Shown: piece after piece, positions 51,649-59,011 of the stretch | How the letters are laid out: every line of letters starts with the position of its first letter | How positions within the stretch are numbered: position 1 is the stretch's first letter | From: an uncultured Candidatus Saccharibacteria bacterium | GTDB lineage: Bacteria; Patescibacteriota; Saccharimonadia; CAZHVB01 | Reading direction: 5' to 3' | Assembly: GCA_964600295.1 (NCBI GenBank) | Contig: CAZRIY010000002.1 | Coordinates: 26,133 to 90,132 of the forward strand | DNA length: 64,000 bases | Program-made: the position numbers and the translations under genes | Notes under the pieces: generated by a model | The model's database searches: none | What the model was told of the DNA's origin: nothing | Seen by the model: only the letters and a program-made list of their open reading frames with translations

Positions 51649-51668
51649 CCTGCCTGCCGGCAGGCAGG
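51649..51668. repeat. perfect 20-nt palindrome CCTGCCTGCCGGCAGGCAGG directly after the rpsJ stop
   Basis: Self-complementary over its full length; same family as the copies in nusA, rpoB and rplV. Confidence 0.7.
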
Positions 51669-51691
51669 TCGACACCGAAATCAAGATGTAG
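51668..51691 (+). repeat. second copy of the rpsJ 3' end (gtc gac acc gaa atc aag atg tag = VDTEIKM-stop)
   Basis: Differs from copy 1 (gtg gat act gaa att aaa atg taa, 51619-51642) only at synonymous positions. Confidence 0.65.
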
Positions 51692-51868
51692 ATGAAAAGA
51701 CTACCGAAGATGCTTAATCATCCGGTACCTATTTTATTAACATTAGGTGGGTTATTTATTGTAGCCTCGATCTTTATGGGCGAATTTTTTGTGATACCCG
51801 GGATTATTCTAATGATAATCGGAGTGTGGTACTGGAAGGGAACGGTTTGGCCATTCTCGGACAAATAA
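51692..51868 (+). CDS. small membrane protein, 58 aa (MKRLPKMLNHPVPILLTLGGLFIVASIFMGEFFVIPGIILMIIGVWYWKGTVWPFSDK)
   Basis: ORF bracketed by repeat copies 2 and 3, with two hydrophobic helices; it is below the ORF-track size cutoff. Confidence 0.4.
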   Translation: MKRLPKMLNHPVPILLTLGGLFIVASIFMGEFFVIPGIILMIIGVWYWKGTVWPFSDK

Positions 51869-51870
51869 TT

Positions 51871-51891
51871 GAAACCGAAATTAAGATGTAA
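51871..51891 (+). repeat. third copy of the rpsJ 3' end (gaa acc gaa att aag atg taa = ETEIKM-stop)
   Basis: Imperfect direct repeat of copies 1 and 2. Confidence 0.6.
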
Positions 51892-51904
51892 TTCTGATAG
51901 TTTC

Positions 51905-52441
51905 ATGGAACCCCAAGCCATCTCTAACAGCGAGCCATTGCCTATCGATGCGGTTACTGAGCTTCGATCTCAAATAGACGACCTCTTAATTGATATGAGA
52001 GAGTCTATAGAGGAGGTGGGGGAGCATCAGTATACCCATATATTAAAGACTTTTATGTCTGGAGCCAGAGAAATTATCATTGAAAAAAGTAAAACCGATG
52101 AGGACCCAGACTTCTTACGTTCGGTTGGCATCCGAGAGTTCATTAAGGATCCAAGTGGCCAGAAAGCGGTGCTAAGGACAGTCTATTATCTTTGGACAAA
52201 TCTGGATATAACTAAGGAATACCACATAGCGGATAATCGTGGACCATGGGAATTGAGCGAGCCGTTCAAAAAATTCTTAAGGATACTTAATGGAAGTGAT
52301 GAAGAGCTAAACCCGGCTGAGGAAGAGGAGATGTTGCGGATAGGAGGAGGTGGTGAATTGCGCGAATTCGCTAGAGACGCAGAAACCGTTTCAGGTGAAG
52401 AATTGACCCAAGTTAAAAAATTATTGGCTAACCTTAGCTAA
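51905..52441 (+). CDS. hypothetical acidic protein, 178 aa
   Basis: AT-rich ORF; start placed at MEPQ because the track's start lies inside repeat copy 3. Confidence 0.5.
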   Translation: MEPQAISNSEPLPIDAVTELRSQIDDLLIDMRESIEEVGEHQYTHILKTFMSGAREIIIEKSKTDEDPDFLRSVGIREFIKDPSGQKAVLRTVYYLWTNLDITKEYHIADNRGPWELSEPFKKFLRILNGSDEELNPAEEEEMLRIGGGGELREFARDAETVSGEELTQVKKLLANLS

Positions 52442-52450
52442 AAAAAACCG

Positions 52451-52466
52451 GGTAGCCAGGGCTACC
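52451..52466. terminator. hairpin ggtagcc-agg-gctacc with an A8 run upstream (reads as a T-run terminator on the minus strand)
   Basis: 6-bp GC stem; orientation ambiguous. Confidence 0.3.
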
Positions 52467-52470
52467 AAAA

Positions 52471-52499
52471 TTGCTAACACCAGCTATATATTATATAAT
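52471..52499 (+). promoter_or_regulatory. near-consensus sigma70 promoter TTGCTA-N17-TATAAT abutting the ATG at 52500 (possible leaderless transcript)
   Basis: Exact -10 consensus hexamer and 17-nt spacer. Confidence 0.4.
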
Positions 52500-52943
52500 A
52501 TGGTTATGGTTGGAGATACACCCGGTGCTCAGATTGAATCGAGAGTACATGATTTATTGGCTGAAATTAAAACGTCCGTCAAACGTCTTTTAGTAGCTGA
52601 GCGGATCCATTATAACGTTGAGGGTGAAGTCTATACTAAGTTTCGCGACTTCGACTCAGATACTAGCTCCTTGCGGGTTCAAGAGATGTCTTCCGATAGC
52701 AATATGAAAGATCCAGAATTTAATATCCATCTTTTTATATTCGACGAACTGCCTGCAAGCTCTGGAGATTACACTGCCTTGGATTTTAATCTATCATCTT
52801 CTAGATCGGTAACCGAAATTAGTGGCGTAAAGGACGGTCGCCATTATCAATATCCCGGTCGCGTATCTGATGCATCCGACCTTTCCGAATTAGCTGATTT
52901 GCTAAAGGACGCGCCCGCCCGGCAGACTACAGCTGATGTATAA
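52500..52943 (+). CDS. hypothetical acidic protein, 147 aa
   Basis: ORF immediately after the promoter-like element; weak N-terminal similarity to the 178-aa neighbour. Confidence 0.45.
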   Translation: MVMVGDTPGAQIESRVHDLLAEIKTSVKRLLVAERIHYNVEGEVYTKFRDFDSDTSSLRVQEMSSDSNMKDPEFNIHLFIFDELPASSGDYTALDFNLSSSRSVTEISGVKDGRHYQYPGRVSDASDLSELADLLKDAPARQTTADV

Positions 52944-52988
52944 AGAAAGCGCCCCGAGTCGGTTGTTGATTGACCCGGGGCGCTAACC

Positions 52989-53291
52989 CTAGAAGTTGTA
53001 GTTCGGCAATCGCCAGAGCTTGAGCCACGTGCTCATGATGACAAGTAGCCCGATCAGCATAATGACATCTCGACCACTGGCGAGAGGGAGATGGCGAGCT
53101 ATTGCCAGTGTGATGGCAATTATCTCCATCTCGATAACGATAGCGACGAGGGCCATCCATCCACGTGAACCCACTGGCTCACTATTGCCACCAGAATCAC
53201 CATAGAAGAATTCCTGGGGTGGTGGGGGAGGATCGTCGTAATGTTTAACGATCTCGTCGAAACTCTTATTTACATCAATGCTGTGGAGCAT
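52989..53291 (-). CDS. small membrane protein (100 aa; polyproline N-terminus, two transmembrane helices)
   Basis: Perfect AAGGAGGTGA Shine-Dalgarno 5 nt upstream on the minus strand, overlapping the stop of the upstream minus-strand gene. Confidence 0.55.
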   Translation of the reverse strand: MLHSIDVNKSFDEIVKHYDDPPPPPQEFFYGDSGGNSEPVGSRGWMALVAIVIEMEIIAITLAIARHLPLASGRDVIMLIGLLVIMSTWLKLWRLPNYNF

Positions 53292-53295
53292 TGGC

Positions 53296-53529
53296 TCACC
53301 TCCTTGGCCATATCAGCCAGACGACGATGATGGTGAAGGGCATCAGAAACAACAGGCTGACGATCAACCCCAACCCGCCATATCTATCTGGTTTGATGGC
53401 TGGCGCGATGGCAAAGATGAGCCAGATCGCCGCCAGCAGAAAAACGGTGAAGATCTTGACTGTATCGTCCGAGTTCATTGCTCGATCTTCTTCGTTGCTG
53501 AGAGGACGAAAGCCCAAAAACCACGGCAT
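53296..53529 (-). CDS. small membrane protein (77 aa, two transmembrane helices)
   Basis: Start placed at MPWF because AGGAGGTG lies upstream of it; the track's longer start is less likely. Confidence 0.5.
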   Translation of the reverse strand: MPWFLGFRPLSNEEDRAMNSDDTVKIFTVFLLAAIWLIFAIAPAIKPDRYGGLGLIVSLLFLMPFTIIVVWLIWPRR

Positions 53530-53655
53530 TTTGCACCTCCTAAGGTTCGGGTCTTCAACCACAGTGGCCGAAAACTATATCTAAGCCATATCATCAAAAA
53601 TAAATCCATGCAAGCAATATGGCAATCGGATATGGGGTGTGGTTAAATCAAGGAT

Positions 53656-53919
53656 ATGGCTAGATCAAAACAAAAAGTGGAACCAGATTCAGTCTATTTC
53701 TTAAAAATTTTACTGTTTTTCATCGTCGGTGCTCTCTGGCTGCGGCAGGATTTTGATGTACTACCTGGAATTAGCGCCTTACCGGTTGGCCTGGTTATCG
53801 GGCTGCTGTTTGCCAGGCATGAACATTTCATGATCGATCGCAAAATCGAATACTTGGTACTACTATCGGCCGCACTGCTGAGCTATTTGGCACCAATCGG
53901 CATCGTAATCGAAATCTAA
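53656..53919 (+). CDS. small membrane protein (87 aa, ~3 transmembrane helices)
   Basis: Hydrophobic ORF whose TAA overlaps the ATG of the downstream metalloprotease gene (TAATG). Confidence 0.5.
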   Translation: MARSKQKVEPDSVYFLKILLFFIVGALWLRQDFDVLPGISALPVGLVIGLLFARHEHFMIDRKIEYLVLLSAALLSYLAPIGIVIEI

Positions 53920-55664
53920 TGCGCCAATTTTTACGCAGAGTGAGGTGGTGGCGCAAAGACGCTCCGCGCCAGTTTTGGCTGGTAGTCGGGCTACTAATAT
54001 TGACTAGTGGCACAGTGGTTGCCCAAACTTTCCCAGTTAAACGTCAGCTGGTCTATGAGCCATGCCAAGCTAACTATGGTGAAACCGTTGGCGGTTGGGA
54101 CGGTGATGGTGATCAGGTTTGGAACGAACGCAACTTTCACTATGAAGTGCGCCGCTTCCGAATTGAAGCCGCTGCTCCTATCGGTTGGTTCCATAATGTT
54201 CAGGAGCAACCGCCTAGCCGATTGTCTACCGTCGATTGCCAACCAGAATTACAGGGTTTTGTTGACACTAATCATGACTCCTATCAATGGTTTGGCGCCC
54301 GCACCTCCGCTATTCGCTTGGGCATGCCGGACTTAGGAGAACTTAACCAGGGTGGTCGTATCAAAATCGATCAGCCCAGAACCAAACCGGATGATGCCGT
54401 TTCGCCGCCGATTTTTGGTGATAGCCACGGCCGGGCCGCGGCTTGGGTGGACGACGGCGCCCAGGCCAATCTAGTGACTACCGACAAGGGTCAGCAGCTG
54501 TTATGGTGCCAGGGCAACAACCAGCCGCTCAATCCCGATCAATCCTGCAACGATGTAGCCGATATTGGCGGCAAGTCGGTGAGGGGAGTAGGCTACTTAT
54601 TCGTTGAAGATAATTGCCCAAAGGCGGGCGGCGTTAACTGTGACCAAGCCACTGCCTGGTATAGACGCCAAAACCTCGATTACAGCCAGCTTATTGGCAG
54701 CAACCAGCGGGGCGAGCTTAATCCTTTTTACTTGCAGCTAGATGCGGTTTCAACCTACGCTAACCGGGTTGGAGCCTGGATGGTACTGACATTTAAATAC
54801 CCCAAGCTATCCAACATCAGCAATCAAGTCAGCCTAGATAAACAGACCTATCAGGTGGGCGAAACTATCACAGCCACCGCCGGTTTTTCCAAAATTGGTC
54901 CTACTGTTACCAACCTTAGTATCAATCCAGATCTCAGTAACCAGCCATTGCAAATTATTGCCAATTTTGAAACTTCCACCGGCAACTTGGAGGACATTAA
55001 TAAAGGAAAAGAAGCTGAAGCAGCCGCCAAGTTTAAGATCACTGATGCTGCCCAGCCCGGCCAGTGTTACAACCTAACCTTTAACTTTCAAGCGGAGAGC
55101 ATTTTGGAGGTTGATGGCAGCAGAGAGGTTAAACTGGCGCCGCTGGCTAGCCGTTACTGCATTGCCGCCCCTGCCAGCGCTACTTATACCTACAGTGTAA
55201 CCACCCGCGGCAATGTGCAAAGTGATGTCAATGAATTTGCCGATTTGGCAGCCGAAACACTAGCTTCGGTGTCGGGTTGGTCACAAGCTGGGGCTGGTTT
55301 TAGCCGAGTAAATAGCGGCGGGGATTTTACTTTGGTGCTGGCGGCGCCGGATCAAATGACATCATTTTCTAGCGGCTGCGATGCTACCTATAGTTGTCAG
55401 GCTGGTGGCTTTGTAATTATCAACGATGAACGCTGGCGAACAGCTACGCCGTCATGGAATAATAACGCCGGTAGCCTGCGTGATTATCGCCACATGGTGA
55501 TTAATCATGAGACTGGTCATTGGCTGGGCTTTGGCCACCTCAACTGCTCGGCCCCCGGCGCGGCGGCGCCAGTAATGCAGCAACAATCGATCAGCCTGCA
55601 GGGCTGCGCTCACAATCCTTGGCCGACGCCGGCCGAAATCCAGACTTTAAAAAGCCGTCTCTAG
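53919..55664 (+). CDS. secreted/membrane-anchored metzincin-like zinc metalloprotease (HExxHxxGxxH), 581 aa
   Basis: N-terminal signal anchor (FWLVVGLLILTSGTVVAQ) and a C-terminal HETGHWLGFGH motif followed by Cys/Met residues. The large middle region is uncharacterized. Confidence 0.6.
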   Translation: MRQFLRRVRWWRKDAPRQFWLVVGLLILTSGTVVAQTFPVKRQLVYEPCQANYGETVGGWDGDGDQVWNERNFHYEVRRFRIEAAAPIGWFHNVQEQPPSRLSTVDCQPELQGFVDTNHDSYQWFGARTSAIRLGMPDLGELNQGGRIKIDQPRTKPDDAVSPPIFGDSHGRAAAWVDDGAQANLVTTDKGQQLLWCQGNNQPLNPDQSCNDVADIGGKSVRGVGYLFVEDNCPKAGGVNCDQATAWYRRQNLDYSQLIGSNQRGELNPFYLQLDAVSTYANRVGAWMVLTFKYPKLSNISNQVSLDKQTYQVGETITATAGFSKIGPTVTNLSINPDLSNQPLQIIANFETSTGNLEDINKGKEAEAAAKFKITDAAQPGQCYNLTFNFQAESILEVDGSREVKLAPLASRYCIAAPASATYTYSVTTRGNVQSDVNEFADLAAETLASVSGWSQAGAGFSRVNSGGDFTLVLAAPDQMTSFSSGCDATYSCQAGGFVIINDERWRTATPSWNNNAGSLRDYRHMVINHETGHWLGFGHLNCSAPGAAAPVMQQQSISLQGCAHNPWPTPAEIQTLKSRL

Positions 55665-55681
55665 CTAGATTCGACCTCTGG

Positions 55682-55710
55682 TTGACAGAGGTAACTAAGA
55701 TTGGTAGCAT
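55682..55710 (+). promoter_or_regulatory. sigma70-like promoter upstream of rplC (TTGACA-N17-TAGCAT), with the -35 inside palindrome CCTCTGgttgaCAGAGG
   Basis: Hexamers and spacing; the palindrome spans 55675-55691. Confidence 0.4.
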
Positions 55711-55808
55711 TAGACGGTATCGCTTTTACTGCTTAACAGTGGTGAAATGATTGGCTGCGGAGCGCCATATAGTTATTTCGCGGTCTAAATTTATTTAAAG
55801 GCGGAGAC

Positions 55809-56441
55809 ATGAAAGCTTTAATTGGTCGTAAATTGGGCATGACCCAGATTTTTGGTGAGCGTGGTAAAACCCAGGCGGTTACACTGCTCCAAGCCGGTCC
55901 TTGCGTGGTTACGCAAGTCAAAACTGCTGAGAAGGACGGTTATAACGCTATTCAGCTGGGTTTTGGCGAAGCCAAGCAACTTTCCAAACCGGCAACGGGA
56001 CATCTGAAGGGGAGTAAATCTAAAGCCCGCTATTTGCGCGAATTCCGGCTTGAGCCCGCAGACGATAAAACAGCTGCCGAAACTGCACTCAAGGTTGGAG
56101 ATAAGCTGGAAGTTTCGCAGTTTAAAGCTGGCGACGAAGTCACAATAGTAGCCATCAGCAAGGGCAAGGGCTTCGCTGGTACCATCAAGCGTTATAATTT
56201 TTCCCGCGGTCCCAAAACCCATGGCTCAATGAGTTATCGGCGGCCCGGCTCAATCGGCTCAATGTACCCCCAGAAAGTTTTCAAGGGTAAGAAAATGGCT
56301 GGTCGGATGGGTTATGACCGGGTGACACTAAAGAAAATGAAGATCGCCGAAGTTAAGTCTGAGGAGCGACTTTTGGCCGTAGCCGGACCTATTCCTGGTC
56401 CGCGCAAGGGTTTGGTATTGATAGCGGGCAGCAATGGTTAA
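55809..56441 (+). CDS. rplC: 50S ribosomal protein L3
   Basis: MKALIGRKLGMTQIFGERG N-terminus. Confidence 0.95.
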   Translation: MKALIGRKLGMTQIFGERGKTQAVTLLQAGPCVVTQVKTAEKDGYNAIQLGFGEAKQLSKPATGHLKGSKSKARYLREFRLEPADDKTAAETALKVGDKLEVSQFKAGDEVTIVAISKGKGFAGTIKRYNFSRGPKTHGSMSYRRPGSIGSMYPQKVFKGKKMAGRMGYDRVTLKKMKIAEVKSEERLLAVAGPIPGPRKGLVLIAGSNG

Positions 56442-57105
56442 AGCGGCTGCCTACACCAGCAGCGGAGCTAAAGCTTCCCAGGCTGTTAATCTGCCCGAAG
56501 CGGTCTTTGGTGAGGAAGTCAGCAATCACCAGTTACTGCATGAAGCGATTCGGGCTTATCAGGCCGAATTGCGCCGAGTAAGCGCTAAGACCAAAACCCG
56601 AGGACAGGTCCGAGGTGGGGGTAGAAAACCCTGGAAGCAGAAGGGTCTGGGCAAAGCTCGGGCCGGCTCAATCCGATCACCAATTTGGAAGGGCGGCGGT
56701 GTGACATTTGGGCCGACGGGTGAACAAAATTATCGAATCAACCTGCCCAAAGCAGCTCGTAGGCTGGCTTTGCGCCAAGCTCTCAGCCTCAAAGCCCAGG
56801 CTGGTGCCATCCTGGTAATTGATAGCTTAGAATCTAATGCCGGCAAAACCAAAGACATAATGCAACTGCTGGAAAAGCTAGGGGTCGCCAGAAAAACCCT
56901 GCTAGTGGTTGATAAACCCACTCCACAATTAACCAGATCGACCAATAATCTGACAGGTGTTAGCCTGACCAGTGCCCGCTACCTCAACCCCTATCGGGTA
57001 TTAGACGCCGATCAGCTAGTTATCACAAAACCGGTGCTGAGTGTTATCAAAGATTGGCTGGGTCAAGAGTCGGCTGCCAAAGATACTGAGGCCAGCCGTG
57101 GATAG
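56434..57105 (+). CDS. rplD: 50S ribosomal protein L4
   Basis: Its start overlaps the rplC stop; L4 motifs (GGGRKPWKQKGLGKARAGS). Confidence 0.93.
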   Translation: MVKAAAYTSSGAKASQAVNLPEAVFGEEVSNHQLLHEAIRAYQAELRRVSAKTKTRGQVRGGGRKPWKQKGLGKARAGSIRSPIWKGGGVTFGPTGEQNYRINLPKAARRLALRQALSLKAQAGAILVIDSLESNAGKTKDIMQLLEKLGVARKTLLVVDKPTPQLTRSTNNLTGVSLTSARYLNPYRVLDADQLVITKPVLSVIKDWLGQESAAKDTEASRG

Positions 57106-57409
57106 TTTATTGGCGTTGCCGGTGATTAGCGAAAAAGCCATGGCCATTGTGGCAGCTAATAATTGCTATGCCTTTTTGGTGCCCAAGTCAGCGGGTAAAA
57201 CTGCCATTGCGCGGGCCGTAGCTACCAAGTTTGGGGTCAAGGTCACCAGAGTTAATACCACAATTATTAAGGGTAAGCCCAAGCAAATGTCGGTGCAGCG
57301 TGGCCGCCGTCGATTGAGCGGCAGCCGCTCGGACTTTAAGAAGGCCTATGTAGTCCTAGCCAAGGGAGAAACCATCAAATTATTCGAAGACAAGGGCGAG
57401 AAAAAATAA
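57099..57409 (+). CDS. rplW: 50S ribosomal protein L23
   Basis: GTG start after a GAGG Shine-Dalgarno; LPVISEKAM... L23 core. The track's ATG at 57041 would overlap rplD by 65 nt. Confidence 0.85.
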
Positions 57410-58239
57410 TGGCTACACGAGTCTATCGCCCCACCACACCAGCCCGTCGTGGCATGAGCAGCCGCGATACCGCGGTGCTGACAGTCAAAAAGCCAGTAAA
57501 ATCACTGGTCAGAGCTGGCGGGGTTTCTAAGGGACGTAATGATGTAGGGAAGATCACCGTCCGTCACCGCGGCGGCGGGGTCAAACGTCGCTATCGTCTA
57601 GTCGATTTTAAAAGTAAGGTTGATTCTGAGGGCACGGTAAAAACCATAGAATATGATCCCAATCGCTCTGCTCACATTGCCCTAGTAGAAGACAGCGATG
57701 GTGAATTGTCTTATATTTTGGCCGAAGCCAAGATGAAAGTCGGCCAAAAACTTAGAGTCAGCGCTGAAGCCCCCATAAAAAGTGCCAATCGTTTACCGCT
57801 GTCTGCCATTCCAACGGGTAGTTCAATATATAATATCGAGCTTGAACCGGGTAGGGGCGGGCAGTTGGCTAGAAGTGCTGGAGCCTCGGCGACGCTTGCC
57901 GCCAAAGACGAACAATATGCTCAGGTCAGGTTACCCAGCGGCGAAATCAGGCTAATTAATCTGGGGTGTTACGCCACCCTGGGGGCGGTCGGCAATGAAG
58001 CCCACCAACACATTAAATGGGGCAGCGCAGGCCGCCGACGTCGGCTGGGTTGGCGTCCATCGGTCCGGGGGAAGGCTATGAACCCGTCAGATCATCACAT
58101 GGGTGGGGGCGAGGGTAAGTCTGGTCCGGGCAGACACCCCACCACGCCGTGGGGTAAACCAGCAATCGGTGCCAAAACCCGCCGCCGCAAGCGAACCCAG
58201 AAAATGATAGTTCGCTCTCGTAGCAAGGGTAGGAGATAA
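57409..58239 (+). CDS. rplB: 50S ribosomal protein L2
   Basis: 276 aa with L2 motifs. Confidence 0.96.
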   Translation: MATRVYRPTTPARRGMSSRDTAVLTVKKPVKSLVRAGGVSKGRNDVGKITVRHRGGGVKRRYRLVDFKSKVDSEGTVKTIEYDPNRSAHIALVEDSDGELSYILAEAKMKVGQKLRVSAEAPIKSANRLPLSAIPTGSSIYNIELEPGRGGQLARSAGASATLAAKDEQYAQVRLPSGEIRLINLGCYATLGAVGNEAHQHIKWGSAGRRRRLGWRPSVRGKAMNPSDHHMGGGEGKSGPGRHPTTPWGKPAIGAKTRRRKRTQKMIVRSRSKGRR

Positions 58240-58241
58240 TC

Positions 58242-58586
58242 ATGAGTCGATCACTCAAAAAAGGACCCTACTTGGATGTCAAATTGATGGCTAAGATTAA
58301 GCGGCTAGGTGCTGGCGACCGGACGGTTATTAAGACCTGGGCTCGGTCCAGTACCATAGCTCCGGAGATGGTCGGCCGCACCATTGCTGTCCACAACGGC
58401 AAGACCCACTTGCCAGTGCTGATTACCGAAAATATGGTTGGTCATAAACTGGGTGAATTTTCTCCAACCCGCCGGTTTAAGAGCCACGGCGGTAAGCTAG
58501 CCAGAGAAGTAAGTAAAGGTAGCTCGCCACAAACTGGCGGCCAAACCGTGCCTAAGGCCGCACCGGCCGCCGAGAAGAAAGTCTAA
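58242..58586 (+). CDS. rpsS: 30S ribosomal protein S19 (with ~20-aa C-terminal tail)
   Basis: SRSLKKGPY...[11 protein letters not shown] core. Confidence 0.95.
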   Translation: MSRSLKKGPYLDVKLMAKIKRLGAGDRTVIKTWARSSTIAPEMVGRTIAVHNGKTHLPVLITENMVGHKLGEFSPTRRFKSHGGKLAREVSKGSSPQTGGQTVPKAAPAAEKKV

Positions 58587-59011
58587 TGCAAGTCCAAGCT
58601 AAAGCTAAATCGTTGCGCATTCCGCCTCGTAAAATGAGTCTGGTGGCCTCGTTGGTGCGCGGCCGTAGCGTAATCGAGGCTATGACCATTTTGGAACATA
58701 CGCCGCGGCGAGCCGCCAAATCATTGCGCGAAGTCATCCGTAGTGCCCAGGCCAATGCCGAACACAATTTTAGCCTCGAAACAGATCAGCTGAGGTTATC
58801 TACCGTGATTGTTAGCCCTGGTTTTGTGCTTAAGCGTGCCCGAGCTGCTTCCAGGGGTACAATGCACCGGATTCGCCACCGCACCTCGAATGTGATGGTA
58901 GTTGTCGAATCACCTAATAAAGTAAGTAGCCTGCCTGCCGGACAGGCAGGTAAGAAGTCGGTGCAGCCAAAACCCACCACCAAGGAAGGTCGCCATGGGC
59001 CAAAAAGTTAA
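58586..59011 (+). CDS. rplV: 50S ribosomal protein L22 (extended C-terminal tail carrying a palindrome copy)
   Basis: L22 core; tail reads KVSSLPAGQAGKKSVQPKPTTKEGRHGPKS. Confidence 0.95.
   Translation: MQVQAKAKSLRIPPRKMSLVASLVRGRSVIEAMTILEHTPRRAAKSLREVIRSAQANAEHNFSLETDQLRLSTVIVSPGFVLKRARAASRGTMHRIRHRTSNVMVVVESPNKVSSLPAGQAGKKSVQPKPTTKEGRHGPKS
58930..58950. repeat. GC-rich palindromic repeat copy (cctgcctgccggacaggcagg) in the rplV 3' coding tail
   Basis: Same palindrome as the 51649 copy with a 1-nt insertion; encodes LPAGQAG in frame. Confidence 0.6.

Noticed and set aside
57041-57098. ATG start for rplW overlapping rplD by 65 nt
   Set aside because: L23 homology starts at VDSLL. A GTG with a GAGG Shine-Dalgarno at 57099 fits better.
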